Positions 52,390 through 62,911 of a DNA stretch of 64,000 nucleotides are shown here, in pieces; positions within the stretch are counted from its first letter, which is position 1, and every line of letters begins with the position of its first letter. Origin of the DNA: an uncultured Chloroflexia bacterium (lineage in GTDB: Bacteria; Chloroflexota; UBA6077; JACCZL01); assembly GCA_963765765.1 (NCBI GenBank), contig CAVXYC010000019.1, positions 320,001 through 384,000 of the forward strand, in the 5' to 3' direction. Under the pieces are notes generated by a model that searched no databases, was not told the DNA's origin, and was given only the letters and a program-made list of their open reading frames with translations. A program made the position numbers and the translations under genes.

Positions 52390-54260
52390 GCCAAGTTAGC
52401 CGTGCTGCAATCCTCATCACGTCGCCATCGCATGCTCCGCATACGGTTATGGTTTGTGGATTCTGAAACGGCTGGGCACTTGCCGACCGGTACAGCTCGA
52501 ACGGTCTGTGTTTGCCATTTTGCTCGGTGCGGGAGTGTTGACTTTCCTGGTACTGGGAATTGGCCTCGTCGGTGCGCTGACAACATTGATTGGCTGGATC
52601 GTCGTGTTAGCGGGTGTACTCTCGCGGCGTTCATGTTGCGGCGGTTGCGATTCGAAACGGCGATCACTGGTTCACTGAGAAAAGCCATCGCCAGATTCCG
52701 CCAGCAGGATCTACTTTCGCCTGGGGCTGCTGGCTGTTTCTCCTGCTGAGCGCGTCGCTCAACTTCCTCGCCGCTCTCGCTCCAGATCTCCGGCACGGAC
52801 GTTCTCGCGTACCACCTTGCAATTCCGAAGCTGTACGTCGAAGAAGGTCGGATCCGGTACGTGCCGGGCGTTTACTACTCCACGGCCGCGTTTGGTCTGG
52901 AGATGATCTTCACCCTCGCCATGCTGCTCGGCTCACCGATCGCGGCGCAGGTCATCCACTTCAGCTTTGGGATCATGGCTGCGTCCGTCGTATACTTGCT
53001 GGGCGCCCGAGTGTATTCACCGCGCGTGGGGCTGCTTGGGCGCAACGCTCTTCTACGCGATTACCGACGTGAGCGTGCAGTCGAGCATCGCGTTAATCGA
53101 CCTCGGCGCTGCCGCGTACTTGCTCGCTGGCATACTGGCGGCGCTGCGGTGGCGCGAGCAGGGCGGTCGCTGGATTGTGGTGGCGGCGCTCTTGGCAGGA
53201 CTGCACGCGGGTACGAAGATGCCCAATCTCGCCGCCGCTGGCGCACTCTGGCTTGCAATGGCCATCGACGTCGCGATGCACCGACAGCTCAGAGCCGCGC
53301 TGCAGCCACTCGCCGTGGCCGCTGGGATCATTCTCGTTGTGGCGGCGCCCTGGTTCATCCGAAGCTGGGCCTGGACCGGAAATCCCGTGTACCCCTACCT
53401 AAACTCCGTGTTCCAGGGCCGGGATTTTTCCGCCGAAGCATCAGAGCGGCAGCTCGCCATTCAGTACTACAAGACCATTGGCGACCGGTCCCTGGATCGC
53501 CTGATTCTGGCGCCCATGCTCCTGACCTTTACGCCCGATGCATTCCGAAGCGGCTATCTGGGCCCGGTGTTTCTGGCTGCGCTGCCCTTTCTCTGGCTGT
53601 CCCCGGTTACGCGGAGCGTCCGATTCCTCCTCATCGTTGCGCTGATCTCACTGCCCGCTTGGTATTTTCTCTACCCTCGCCTGCGGACGCTGCTGCCCGC
53701 CATTGGCACTCTAGTCGGACCTGCGTCCGCCGCGCTTCTCGCGCTGCTCCGCATCCACCCTCTCACCCGCGTGATCGCGGCCGTCAGTCTTGTGTTATGG
53801 CTATCTAACCGCGCTGGCCGCTAATGGGCGCTATCATCTCCCGGCTGTCCCCGTAGCGCTGGGCCTGGAATCACAGGACTCATTTCTGCGCCGACGACTG
53901 CCCCTCGCGGACTCCCAATTCTTCTGGTACGACGATTTCATGGCGATCAATCGAATTCTTCCATCCGATGCGAACGTACTTCTCTGGGACACACGCGGCT
54001 ACTACCTGGAGCGTAAATACATCTGGGCCAATTCCGTCGCACAGGGCCTCATTCCGCAAGCTCAGCAGGAGCGTCCTGCTGAGCTTGTGGAGGCGCTGCG
54101 TGGGCGTGGCACCACACACGTTGCCATGTTTCCAGGGGAGGCGTCCGCGACCTCCGATGTGCCCATTGAACGCCTTCAACGGACATTGCAGGCAAGTGGG
54201 AGTCTGAGGCCGATCTACCAGAGTGAGACGATGGTATTGAGTGAGTTGATTCAGCGATGA
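52390..54260 (+). CDS. Second GT-C fold membrane glycosyltransferase (paralog of 48692-50566), many frameshifts; start approximate
   Basis: AALAPD...DVLAYHLAIPK, HAGTKMPN, RSWAWTGNPVYP, DTRGYYLER. Confidence 0.7.
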
Positions 54261-55207
54261 CCCGCTGGCTCATTCGCCTCATCGGAATCGCGATATTCCT
54301 GGTTCTGCTCTCACGCCTGGATGTCGGCCAGCTTCAGCAAATGCTCCAGCGTACTGATGGCTTCGCCGTGGCCCTTGCAATCGGCCTGGTCATCCCATTC
54401 TTTGCCCTCAAAAGCTGGCGTTGGCAGTTGTTGCTGGAGCGCGCCGGAATCAACGTATCGATCGGACAAAGCCTCTGGCTGTACTTCATAGGACTCTTCG
54501 CCGGGTACGCCACTCCTGGCCAGGTCGGCGAGGCTGTCAAGGCGATGTATCTTGCTCGTTCAGGCCACGCCATGGGTCCGGCATTGGCAACGATTGCGCT
54601 CGATCGCATCCTGGACATGCTGCTTCTCGTGGTGCTGGCTGTCCCTGGCGTGCTACTGGTTGGTGAGAGCCTGGGTCTGGACCGCTTATTCACACTAGCT
54701 GCGCTGGTGCTGGCCCTGGGAGGGTTGATTCTAGGGCTATGGATCATTACATCCCCGGCCCGACTGGAGCCTCTGACTCGCCACTTGTCATTACTCCGCT
54801 ACATGCCGGAAAAGCTTACGTGCGTTTTTCAATCGCGTGAGGGTTCTAGTTCACTGAGCTTTGGCACAGTTGCACGATCCTGGTCACTCTGGCTACTCAC
54901 GCTGGCCGCATACACCGTTCACTACGTACGGTTCTACGTCCTGCTGCTGGCCCTGCATATCAGTGCGCCGCCACCTGTGCTGGCGTTCGTGGCTACACTC
55001 GCGTTGGTATCGGTGGTGGCGCTCGTTCCGGTCACCATCATGGGCGTGGGAACTCGCGATGGCGTCCTGGTGCTCGCCGCCGGCGGATTGGGACTGAGCT
55101 ATGAGGAAGCTGTCGGATTCTCGCTTCTCATTCTCCTGACTTATCTCGCAAATCTCGCTATCGGCTTTGTGTGCTGGATGGGTGATCGGTCGGTGGTGAA
55201 GGCGTGA
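54257..55207 (+). CDS. Lysylphosphatidylglycerol synthase TM-like (UPF0104) flippase
   Basis: KSWRWQLLL, TPGQVGEAVKAMYL, DRILD, PVTIMGVGTRD. Confidence 0.88.
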   Translation: MTRWLIRLIGIAIFLVLLSRLDVGQLQQMLQRTDGFAVALAIGLVIPFFALKSWRWQLLLERAGINVSIGQSLWLYFIGLFAGYATPGQVGEAVKAMYLARSGHAMGPALATIALDRILDMLLLVVLAVPGVLLVGESLGLDRLFTLAALVLALGGLILGLWIITSPARLEPLTRHLSLLRYMPEKLTCVFQSREGSSSLSFGTVARSWSLWLLTLAAYTVHYVRFYVLLLALHISAPPPVLAFVATLALVSVVALVPVTIMGVGTRDGVLVLAAGGLGLSYEEAVGFSLLILLTYLANLAIGFVCWMGDRSVVKA

Positions 55208-56466
55208 GCGACAGCGTGACGGAAAAGGTCCTGTACGTTCACCTGGGCGGCGAGTTCGGTGGAGCTCCGTTCAGCATGATCCAGCTCGCTAAGTCCCTGC
55301 CGCCCGATGAGCTGGAGCCTGTGCTCATCTTCTCTAGTGATGGTCCGGTGGTTCAGTACGCACGCCACCTTGGACTCCAGGCCCGGGTGGTTCCATTCCG
55401 GGATAGTTTGTTTTACGGAGCCCATACGTCGTTTCAGCCCATGATGGTCGCGCGACTGGCGGCGACCATGCGACCGACTGTCCGTCGACTTGAGCGCGTT
55501 ATGGCGGAAGAGCGCCCCGCTATGGTTCATCTCAACACCATCGTGCTCGTGCAGGCAGCGCTGGCAGCTCGTCGGCATGGTGTCCCAATCATCTGGCATG
55601 TCCGCGAGGTGCTTGGTGATCTGGCGCTAGTCCGTGCGCTTCAGATTCGCCTCATCACATCTCTCGCGACGCGCATCATCGCGAACTCAAATGCTTCCGG
55701 TGCGCCGTTCGCAGCCAGCGGAAAGGTCGTGCGCGTCTACAACGGCATCGACACGGAGCAATTTCGCCCTGGTTCTACCGCGGAACGGGCGCAGATTCGC
55801 GCCGAGCTCGGACTCCCAGAGGATGCCCTCGTCGTTGGAATGATTGGAAGCGTCCAACAACCCAAGGGGCATTTCGTCATGCTGGACGCCCTCCAGCATC
55901 TCTGTGACCGATTCAGGGACGTTCGTCTTTTGCTGGTCGCGGGTGGCGTGCCCGAAGGCTATGCGGAGTCATGGAAGGGCCGCGTCAAACGTGTGTTGCA
56001 CAGACCATATGGCTTGCTCGAGGATATGCTCGAGCAAGCCGAGAAGCGTGGGTTGCGGGGTCAAATCCATGTAACCGGATATCGATTGGACGTTCCCCGC
56101 ATGCTCTGGGCCATGGATGTTCTGGCCTTTCCGAGCCAGAAGCCCGAAGGATTTGGGCGCCCGATTGTGGAAGCCATGTCCGCGGGACTTCCGGTAGTTG
56201 CGGTCAATGTCGGAGCGAGTCCGGAGCTTGTGCTTCACAGCGAGACCGGACTCTTGGCGCCGCCTGGTGATGCCCGCGCCCTCGCAGACGCGCTTGGCTG
56301 GATCCTGACCCGCCCGGATCTGCAGATGTCTATGGGGCGGGTTGGTCGAGAGCGCGCCGTCGCAATGTTTTCGGAATCTGAGTACACCGCGTCGGTGCTT
56401 CGCGTCTATCGCAAGGTGTTAGCGGATGCGCGGGTGCAAAAGCCGGCTTCCGGAGCACATCGCTGA
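55204..56466 (+). CDS. Glycosyltransferase family 4
   Basis: GGAPFS, WHVRE, VYNGID, PKGH, PSQKPEGFGRPIVEAMSAGLPVV. Confidence 0.92.
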   Translation: MSDSVTEKVLYVHLGGEFGGAPFSMIQLAKSLPPDELEPVLIFSSDGPVVQYARHLGLQARVVPFRDSLFYGAHTSFQPMMVARLAATMRPTVRRLERVMAEERPAMVHLNTIVLVQAALAARRHGVPIIWHVREVLGDLALVRALQIRLITSLATRIIANSNASGAPFAASGKVVRVYNGIDTEQFRPGSTAERAQIRAELGLPEDALVVGMIGSVQQPKGHFVMLDALQHLCDRFRDVRLLLVAGGVPEGYAESWKGRVKRVLHRPYGLLEDMLEQAEKRGLRGQIHVTGYRLDVPRMLWAMDVLAFPSQKPEGFGRPIVEAMSAGLPVVAVNVGASPELVLHSETGLLAPPGDARALADALGWILTRPDLQMSMGRVGRERAVAMFSESEYTASVLRVYRKVLADARVQKPASGAHR

Positions 56467-56833
56467 CAAACCCGGCTGTGTCGGCGCGACCTCAGTAAAC
56501 AGTCATCTCTCGACTCGGCTCATGGTCGCCGTCCTGGTTGCTCTTGGGCTACTCGCGGTGACCCTGGGAGCTATGAATCTCGATGGCCCGTCGGGGTTCG
56601 ACGAGGGTATTGATGCTTCGGCACTGCTGCTCATGCGTAATGGGCTTCTCCCGAATCGTGATTTCTTTCATGCTCAGGGGCCACTGTTTCTCTTCTTAGT
56701 CATGCCCGCTTTTATCTTCGGTGGCGAGACGTTGACGCTGCCCGCGCGGGCGTGGCATTGGCATTCTTTACGGCCACGACACGGTCCAATTCGAATCGGG
56801 ATGGCTCAACCAATAGGCCGTGAGTCAGGCTGA
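56426..56833 (+). pseudogene. Truncated N-terminal fragment of a GT39/ArnT-like glycosyltransferase
   Basis: TM helix then FDEGI...GLLPNRDFFHAQGPLF; similarity ends near 56760. Confidence 0.6.
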
Positions 56834-56977
56834 GCCTCGCCAGGCAACGCCTTTTGTCTATTCGGCCTTTCTGACGTTGGCCGAGACCATTGATCTTCGC
56901 TGTGCTAACCGCATTAGTCTAACCGCGCTGTCGAAAGTGCGTTCCCTCGATACCGGTGAAGTCGCATTTCGTTCACT

Positions 56978-58327
56978 TTGATAGAAATGGGAATGAGATT
57001 CGGGATCAGCGCGGTTTTGGCCGTCGTGGTTGTTGTGTGCGGGATTGTCATCCACTCCATCGGCTACGCCGCAGAAATAGATCTCGGAGGCCCGGAGCGC
57101 TCGCCCGGGGATGAGATCAGTTTTATTGGGCCCGATGGCGGACTCTGGCTGACACAGATCTCCCGTGGATCTATGCGCCTGCTTCTGGCGCAGGGCGAGT
57201 TCGCAGACTATTTCTGGGCACCCGACGGAAGCCGCATAGCGTACATCGCGGCGGATGGAAGTCTCTCGACCCTCGAGGTTGTGTCCGGCAAACGCGTGCG
57301 ACTCAGTGATGCGTCTGTTGGCGAGGTGGAGTGGTCGCCGGGCAGCGAGCAGCTGATTTTCACGCGCGATCAGCATCTCTGGCTCACGGCGGCGCGCGGT
57401 GGCACGGCAAACAAGCTTACTGAGTGGAGTCCCACTGGTGACGATCGTCTCGCGGAGCTCCTATGGTCCAGTGATGGTCGGTTCGCCGTGTATCAAATGA
57501 GTCGCGAGCAGGGAACCCGCGAGCTTGCCGTCGTTGACGTAAAAGCTCGCAAGACCCAGACGTACCAGCTCGCCAATACATTCGGGGCCACGGAGGCCGC
57601 CGCCGTTTCTCCCGATGGGCGAACCATTGTCGTGCCTCATTGGCAGCAGGGCGAGAGCTCAGATTCAGTCTGCCGCCGATTTGGATCACCGTTGACCGCC
57701 GCCGCTTCTACCCTGGATGGCAGCGCGCAGCTCACGCAGGTAATTGAGACAGTAAGCTTGCCGGGTATGGAACGACACGCCATAGCGTGTTGGCCCCTGA
57801 GTGACGCCGAAGCGATTGCCACGGGCTGGTTTCCCCCGTCGTTCGTACGAGATGGCCAGGTGGCGCTGGTTTCAGCCATCGATGCGCCGTCCGGAATTGT
57901 TGCGATCGATCGCTCTGGTGGAGTTATCGATCCGCGCACACTGAGCCTCGTGAGCCTTTCGGAAGAGGGTGGCAGCATCGCGCGGCGCTATCCCACAGAA
58001 GTGACCTCGAACGGGCGAGTTGCCGCGGTGGCGTATCGTCAGGACGTCGTTCAGAGCCAAGGGGTATGGTTTTCAATCGAGCTTCACGTTGTGGAGCCGT
58101 TCGCTGAAGGTGGTTCGCGTCGTGACGTGATACTGCGAGACGGGTGTTTATGTCCGGACGATCGGTCTGACACCAACGTGTCAGACCTGCGTCTATCCGC
58201 CGATAGCCATCGTGTAGCCTTCACATACTTCCAGAACGGAGTCAATCGAGTCGCTGTCGCATCGCGCAGTGGGGAGGTTGCAATTCTCGGCGACGGTGAG
58301 CGTCCGGTGTGGCGGCCCAGCGAGTAA
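56978..58327 (+). CDS. Secreted TolB-like beta-propeller protein (PD40-like repeats)
   Basis: Signal peptide, WAPDGSRIAY, WSPGSEQLIF, WSSDGRF, VSPDGRTI, PVWRP. Confidence 0.8.
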   Translation: MIEMGMRFGISAVLAVVVVVCGIVIHSIGYAAEIDLGGPERSPGDEISFIGPDGGLWLTQISRGSMRLLLAQGEFADYFWAPDGSRIAYIAADGSLSTLEVVSGKRVRLSDASVGEVEWSPGSEQLIFTRDQHLWLTAARGGTANKLTEWSPTGDDRLAELLWSSDGRFAVYQMSREQGTRELAVVDVKARKTQTYQLANTFGATEAAAVSPDGRTIVVPHWQQGESSDSVCRRFGSPLTAAASTLDGSAQLTQVIETVSLPGMERHAIACWPLSDAEAIATGWFPPSFVRDGQVALVSAIDAPSGIVAIDRSGGVIDPRTLSLVSLSEEGGSIARRYPTEVTSNGRVAAVAYRQDVVQSQGVWFSIELHVVEPFAEGGSRRDVILRDGCLCPDDRSDTNVSDLRLSADSHRVAFTYFQNGVNRVAVASRSGEVAILGDGERPVWRPSE

Positions 58328-58339
58328 GAGGACGCAAAT

Positions 58340-58960
58340 TTGCGCGGTAAGTCCGTGCTACTATGGGGAGGTTGGCAGATGGCGGTAATGGTTCGAGGAT
58401 ATTTGGTATTAGCCTTGGTCATGCTCGGCGCTCAGCTCACAACTGGTTCGGCCGCCGCCGCGCCAGCGAGCGACTACGCGCGGGTAATTGAACGGTACGG
58501 CGCCGCAATCCGAGAGGATTCAGCTCCTACAGCCCCGGTGCTCATGAACGCAGCCTGCAATGACTCGTACCTGATCATTGGGTCCAATGGTCCCTGGAAG
58601 GAAGTATTCAGTGTCGTTGGCGTTCCGGACGAGGAGAGCGAAACTGAAGAGAATGACGTGTTCGGATGGATACTCGCCGAACATACTGTCATCGGCGAAG
58701 ATCCAGGACCGATTGATTGCGGTGCATCCCCGACTTATCAAGCCGGACGCATGGTTCAGAGCTCGACTGAAAGCGGTTGCATGACGCTTCGATCTGAGGC
58801 GAGTTTTGGAGCGGGCGAATCAGACTGTCGTCCAGATGGCACCCCGTATGAGGTGGTCGGCGGTCCAGTCGGTGGTGGGGACGAATGGTACGAGGTGCGT
58901 CCCACATCCGGCGGACCAAACGGTTGGGCCCGCGGTCGAGAGCTGTTCCCCATCCCCTAG
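58340..58960 (+). CDS. Secreted protein with SH3b-like domains
   Basis: Signal peptide; CMTLRSEASF...VVGGPVGGGDEWYEV...GWA. Confidence 0.6.
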   Translation: MRGKSVLLWGGWQMAVMVRGYLVLALVMLGAQLTTGSAAAAPASDYARVIERYGAAIREDSAPTAPVLMNAACNDSYLIIGSNGPWKEVFSVVGVPDEESETEENDVFGWILAEHTVIGEDPGPIDCGASPTYQAGRMVQSSTESGCMTLRSEASFGAGESDCRPDGTPYEVVGGPVGGGDEWYEVRPTSGGPNGWARGRELFPIP

Positions 58961-58996
58961 CCTGAGGCCAGTCTCAATGCATGGATCGGTGGCTTG

Positions 58997-59356
58997 ATGG
59001 CGCGCGTACTCGTTGTTGACGACGACGTGAACATCCGCGAATTTGTCAGCCTTGCGCTCATCGGTGAAGGCCACGAGGTCGAGGTCGCGTCTAACGGGGC
59101 CATTGCACTTGATGTGGTTCAGGTAACGACACCCGACGTCATTTTGCTCGATATGCGAATGCCAGTGATGGACGGTTGGCAGTTTGCCTCCGCCTACCGC
59201 GAGTTCCCCGGTCCAAGGGCCAGAGTCGTCGTTATGACCGCGGCTCGTGACGCAGCTCGCAGTGGAGCGGAGATTAGCGCTGACGGGAACCTCGCCAAGC
59301 CATTTGAGCTCGACGACCTGTTGGATCTCGTGGAGCGTCTAGCTGCAACTGTTTAG
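58997..59356 (+). CDS. Single-domain response regulator
   Basis: VLVVDDD, PDVILLDMRMPVMDG, VVMTA, LAKPF. Confidence 0.92.
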   Translation: MARVLVVDDDVNIREFVSLALIGEGHEVEVASNGAIALDVVQVTTPDVILLDMRMPVMDGWQFASAYREFPGPRARVVVMTAARDAARSGAEISADGNLAKPFELDDLLDLVERLAATV

Positions 59357-59389
59357 CCCGTTTGCGCTCCCGACCTGACGGGGTTCCGC

Positions 59390-59980
59390 CTAGTAGTCGA
59401 GCCCTCGGCGAGCTTGATGACCCTCGTCGAACGGGTGCTTGATCTTCTTCATCTCGGTGACTAGGTCTGCAAGTGGGGTCAGCTCGTGAATGAACTGCTC
59501 GTCTGCGTCATGACCGGTGAGAAGCAGATTCTGGCGGCGTGGACGCGATTTGATGAGGTCGATCACCTGCTCCAGGTCAATCTGACCCTGGCTGATGGCG
59601 CCGAGTAACTCATCAAGGATGATCAGCTCATACTTACCGCTGGCGATTTGCTCGCGCGCAATTTCAAGGCCCTTCTGCGCGGCCTCGCGATGTGCTTCAA
59701 ATGGGTGGGTATCGCCGAGAATGTTTACGAAGCCGATACCAGTCCAGAGGAGCTCAAAATCGGGTTGGAGCCGCCTGGCGCCGACGATCTCCCCCATGGG
59801 CTGGCCCGGCGGCCATTCGCCGGATTTCGTGTACTGAATCATGGAGACTTTCCAGCCGCGACCGACAGCGCGTAGCGCCATTCCAAACGCCGCGGTGGTC
59901 TTTCCTTTTCCCTCACCGGTGTAGATCATTACCAGACCAGGGAGGCCGCGTTCATCGTCCTGAGCAGTCATGCCCGGCAT
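59390..59980 (-). CDS. cobO: Cob(I)yrinic acid a,c-diamide adenosyltransferase
   Basis: YTGEGKGKTTAAFGMALRAVG, LIILDE, LLLTG, ADLVTEMKKIKHPF..G..ARRGLDY. Confidence 0.93.
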   Translation of the reverse strand: MPGMTAQDDERGLPGLVMIYTGEGKGKTTAAFGMALRAVGRGWKVSMIQYTKSGEWPPGQPMGEIVGARRLQPDFELLWTGIGFVNILGDTHPFEAHREAAQKGLEIAREQIASGKYELIILDELLGAISQGQIDLEQVIDLIKSRPRRQNLLLTGHDADEQFIHELTPLADLVTEMKKIKHPFDEGHQARRGLDY

Positions 59981-60021
59981 TATCGCAGTTCACCGACCAA
60001 GGCGCTCCGCGCAGTGTGAAT

Positions 60022-60982
60022 CTAACGGATGTTTACGCTCGATGCGCCTAGGCGTAGGGTCACGTCCAACGTATGGGCGGTGGGTTCAGCCGATCGCGAT
60101 TGATAGACCGTGGTTCTTCCGTCGGCCTGGCTTAATTTGGCCGGGTCTGACTCGAACTGAGCTGAGTCCGCCCTCGGAGTTGATTCGTGTCCGGACGTTT
60201 TCTGGGACAACGATCTCGAGATTGGAAGCCCCGCCTCGGATGGTCGCGGAGGTGGACTCACTGAGCGACGGAAGGTAGATGGTGCTATTTGATGCACCTA
60301 CGTCTAGGGCGAGTCGCGTCACATTGAGCTCGCGGAGATCGACCGTGGATTCAGATGCGCCAATCTTCCCTTCGATCTCTAGAGGAACACCGGCCGCTAT
60401 TTGGAGTGTCATTGGTGCAGTGCGCGGGTCGTCATTGCGGTCAGTAAAAGGATTCATGCGCCAGAATCCGGGAATTCCCCTGCCGCCTGTCAGCTCCAGG
60501 TCTAATCGCCCTACGCCGTCGCGCACACGATAACTCGGAGTATTGCCTTCACCACCCTGCCAGCGTGCCAGGGTACCCGGCTCTTGCAGCGCCCCTATAT
60601 TCAAGTGGGCGCCGCCAACGGTAAAGCTGACCACCGCGCGATTAGCGCCATTGATGCTCTGAGTCTGGATAGTATTAATTCGCGGCCCCGGCTGCTGATG
60701 CGTATGCCACGGTGGCATGCGCATCCAGCTATTGGAGCTGAAGATGACCGTCGCGATGATGGCGAGAATGAGGGCCCCCCAGGGAGCCCTACGCGTGATA
60801 AGCGCCTCCACGCCCAGAGCAATGAATATCAATGGCCAGTACTGGAAGACCCCGCGAACGGTTTCCCAGGAGATATATCCGAGGTTGAGGGCCAGCAATG
60901 TGGCGCCGAGCCCGATCAAGAGCAGCGGGAAGACAATCGGTCGAGAACTATTCTCCCGTGAATACGGCGTTTGAACCGACAT
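60022..60982 (-). CDS. LiaF/LiaG-like envelope-stress membrane protein (DUF5668 TM + adhesin-like beta domain), 3' frameshift
   Basis: FPLLLIGLG...LN...YWPLIFIALG; GASESTVDLREL...GASNSTIYLP; C-terminus LDVTLRLGASSVNIR. Confidence 0.75.
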
Positions 60983-60990
60983 TCGCTAAA

Positions 60991-61491
60991 TCAGCGTCGA
61001 ATCCGCCGTGTAAGAAGCAGCGCTCCAACACAAATCAAGACGGCCGGCCAGAAGATTCGCCAATTCCACCACCAGAGCAGCCCCATGTTTTGAGCCAGGA
61101 ATAACACACCAAGCGCTATCAGAATGAGACCCGCCCAGGTCTGACGCTGTTCTCGATGCCGCCAATGATCTCCACGGCCAATCATAGGAGTTTCGTGCAT
61201 TGGGCTCGTTCCTTCGCGCGTTGGGTCCGTCATATCTCCATCCTCCTCTCCAACGGCGCCTTCGCTCGCTATGACACTCTCTCGCACCGGTACGATGAAG
61301 CTCATGGCGATATAGACGAAGATACCTATGCCATTAATGAGCGCAGCGATGATAAAGACGAGACGAACTAGTGTCGGATCAACGTCAAAATAGTCTGCCA
61401 GTCCGCTGGCCACTCCGGAAATCATCTTTCCGTCGCGATTCCGATACAGTCGCCTGGGCAGTGTTGCCAATGCTTCATTCCTCTCGTTCAT
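60991..61491 (-). CDS. pspC: PspC-domain membrane protein
   Basis: RRLYRNRDGKMISGVASGLADYFDVDPTLVRL...YIAMSFIVP; C-terminal GLILIALGVLFL...FWP. Confidence 0.88.
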   Translation of the reverse strand: MNERNEALATLPRRLYRNRDGKMISGVASGLADYFDVDPTLVRLVFIIAALINGIGIFVYIAMSFIVPVRESVIASEGAVGEEDGDMTDPTREGTSPMHETPMIGRGDHWRHREQRQTWAGLILIALGVLFLAQNMGLLWWWNWRIFWPAVLICVGALLLTRRIRR

Positions 61492-61504
61492 GCGCTATGA
61501 ACTT

Positions 61505-61532
61505 GACGATGCGGAGTACGGCATTGTTGCAC
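61505..61532 (-). promoter_or_regulatory. ECF-sigma promoter for pspC-liaF
   Basis: Minus strand GTGCAAC-aatgccgtactccgcat(17)-CGTC. Confidence 0.7.
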
Positions 61533-61594
61533 TGGAGCAAGGACGGGGCGTCGGTTTCGGGCCAACCACGGATAGCCCTAATCGTTCCTCCGGC

Positions 61595-61622
61595 GTGCAA
61601 CAATAACAGCGGAACTTACGTC
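61595..61622 (+). promoter_or_regulatory. Autoregulatory ECF-sigma promoter
   Basis: GTGCAAC-aataacagcggaactta(17)-CGTC upstream of the sigma ATG. Confidence 0.7.
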
Positions 61623-61637
61623 GTAATCGGTAAGACC

Positions 61638-62300
61638 ATGACAGAGCCAGATTTAGAGCTCATTCATCGGGCCCAGCAAGGCGATCGCGCGGCAGTGGCG
61701 GAGATCGTCGGTTTGCAGCAGCGGTACGTCTACAGTGTCGCGATGACAATGATGCGCAACCCAACGGACGCGGCCGATCTCACGCAGGAGGCCTTCATTC
61801 GATTGATGCGCGCCCTGCCGACCTACCGAGCCGAGACGAAGTTCACGACCTGGTTGTATCGACTGGTGGTCAACCTCGGGCTCGATGAGCTGCGGCGCCG
61901 ATCCCGCCGGATCGACCCGATGACCTTGGACGATGATGCCGCTCCGGATCCGCCAGACCCGTCACTCGCCGCCGATCCGCTGCATCACGCAACGTTATCC
62001 GAAGATGCCGAGCGGGTACGGGCTGCCGTACAAGACCTTCCTATCTCACAACGTCTAGCTCTGACGTTCTATTACTTCGACGATATGACCTACGAAGAGA
62101 TTGCAAACGTGATGAATGTGCCGCTCAATACCGTGAAGAGCCACATCCACCGCGCTAAATCAAAACTTGCCGTCGCACTGCGCGATGAGGAGTCCAGCGT
62201 AGCCGACAGCTCGAGCACGGTCCAACCGCACGAGCGCTCACGGCAAGATTCTGGACGCGGCACGCTTCGCTTTGCATTCGTGGGGGCCAGCGGCGCATGA
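61638..62300 (+). CDS. ECF RNA polymerase sigma factor (SigW/RpoE-like)
   Basis: DAADLTQEAFIR, KFTTWLYRLVVN, MTYEEIA...LNTVKSHIHRAK. Confidence 0.92.
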   Translation: MTEPDLELIHRAQQGDRAAVAEIVGLQQRYVYSVAMTMMRNPTDAADLTQEAFIRLMRALPTYRAETKFTTWLYRLVVNLGLDELRRRSRRIDPMTLDDDAAPDPPDPSLAADPLHHATLSEDAERVRAAVQDLPISQRLALTFYYFDDMTYEEIANVMNVPLNTVKSHIHRAKSKLAVALRDEESSVADSSSTVQPHERSRQDSGRGTLRFAFVGASGA

Positions 62301-62857
62301 GCGAGCAACGGTGTGACGCAAGGCTTTCTTGCGAAGATGCACGGCAGCTCTTGAACGCCCGTCCAGATTTGGAGTCAGCCGCGGCCGAACTCGAGACGCA
62401 CTTGACTGAATGCTCTGCCTGCACTGATTTCCAGAACCTGCAGCACGTTCTCGATCGCCAGCTCACGAGGGCCCTGGTGATGGAGCCTCCGGCGTGGTTG
62501 ACGGCCTCCATCCTTGATGAGCTCAATCCCGCTAAAGCGGTTGCGTGGTGGGCGCGTCCCAGGATCAGTCTGGTTCTGCAGTGGTCATTCTACCTGCTGT
62601 TGACCGGCGGGCTCGTTTTGGGGCTGTTTCTTCCAATGGAGAGCGTATCCGGTTGGATGGAGACGATCCTGGCGATCCCATCACAGCTCGCTGTGGCATT
62701 TGAAGTGCTCATTGCTGTGGTGGGGCTGATTCCTCTGGACACGTTCGCAGGTCTCGTTGACTATTCAGCGTGGCTGTACGAAGCCGTCGCACTTGCGCTC
62801 GTCTTCTGGTGGCTTCGTCAGGGCAGCTCAGCTCGCGAACAGCGTTCTCTAGCCTGA
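62297..62857 (+). CDS. Zinc-binding (HxxxCxxC) membrane anti-sigma factor
   Basis: HLTECSAC motif and C-terminal TM helices; ATGA overlap with the sigma gene. Confidence 0.85.
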   Translation: MSEQRCDARLSCEDARQLLNARPDLESAAAELETHLTECSACTDFQNLQHVLDRQLTRALVMEPPAWLTASILDELNPAKAVAWWARPRISLVLQWSFYLLLTGGLVLGLFLPMESVSGWMETILAIPSQLAVAFEVLIAVVGLIPLDTFAGLVDYSAWLYEAVALALVFWWLRQGSSAREQRSLA

Positions 62858-62911
62858 TTCAGCGTCTCAAACGGTTGAGCCAGCGTTGCGCCAGCGCGCT
62901 GGCTCCGTCAT

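Noticed and set aside
59981-60021. Cobalamin riboswitch upstream of cobO
   Set aside because: The gap is only about 40 bp and has no B12-box
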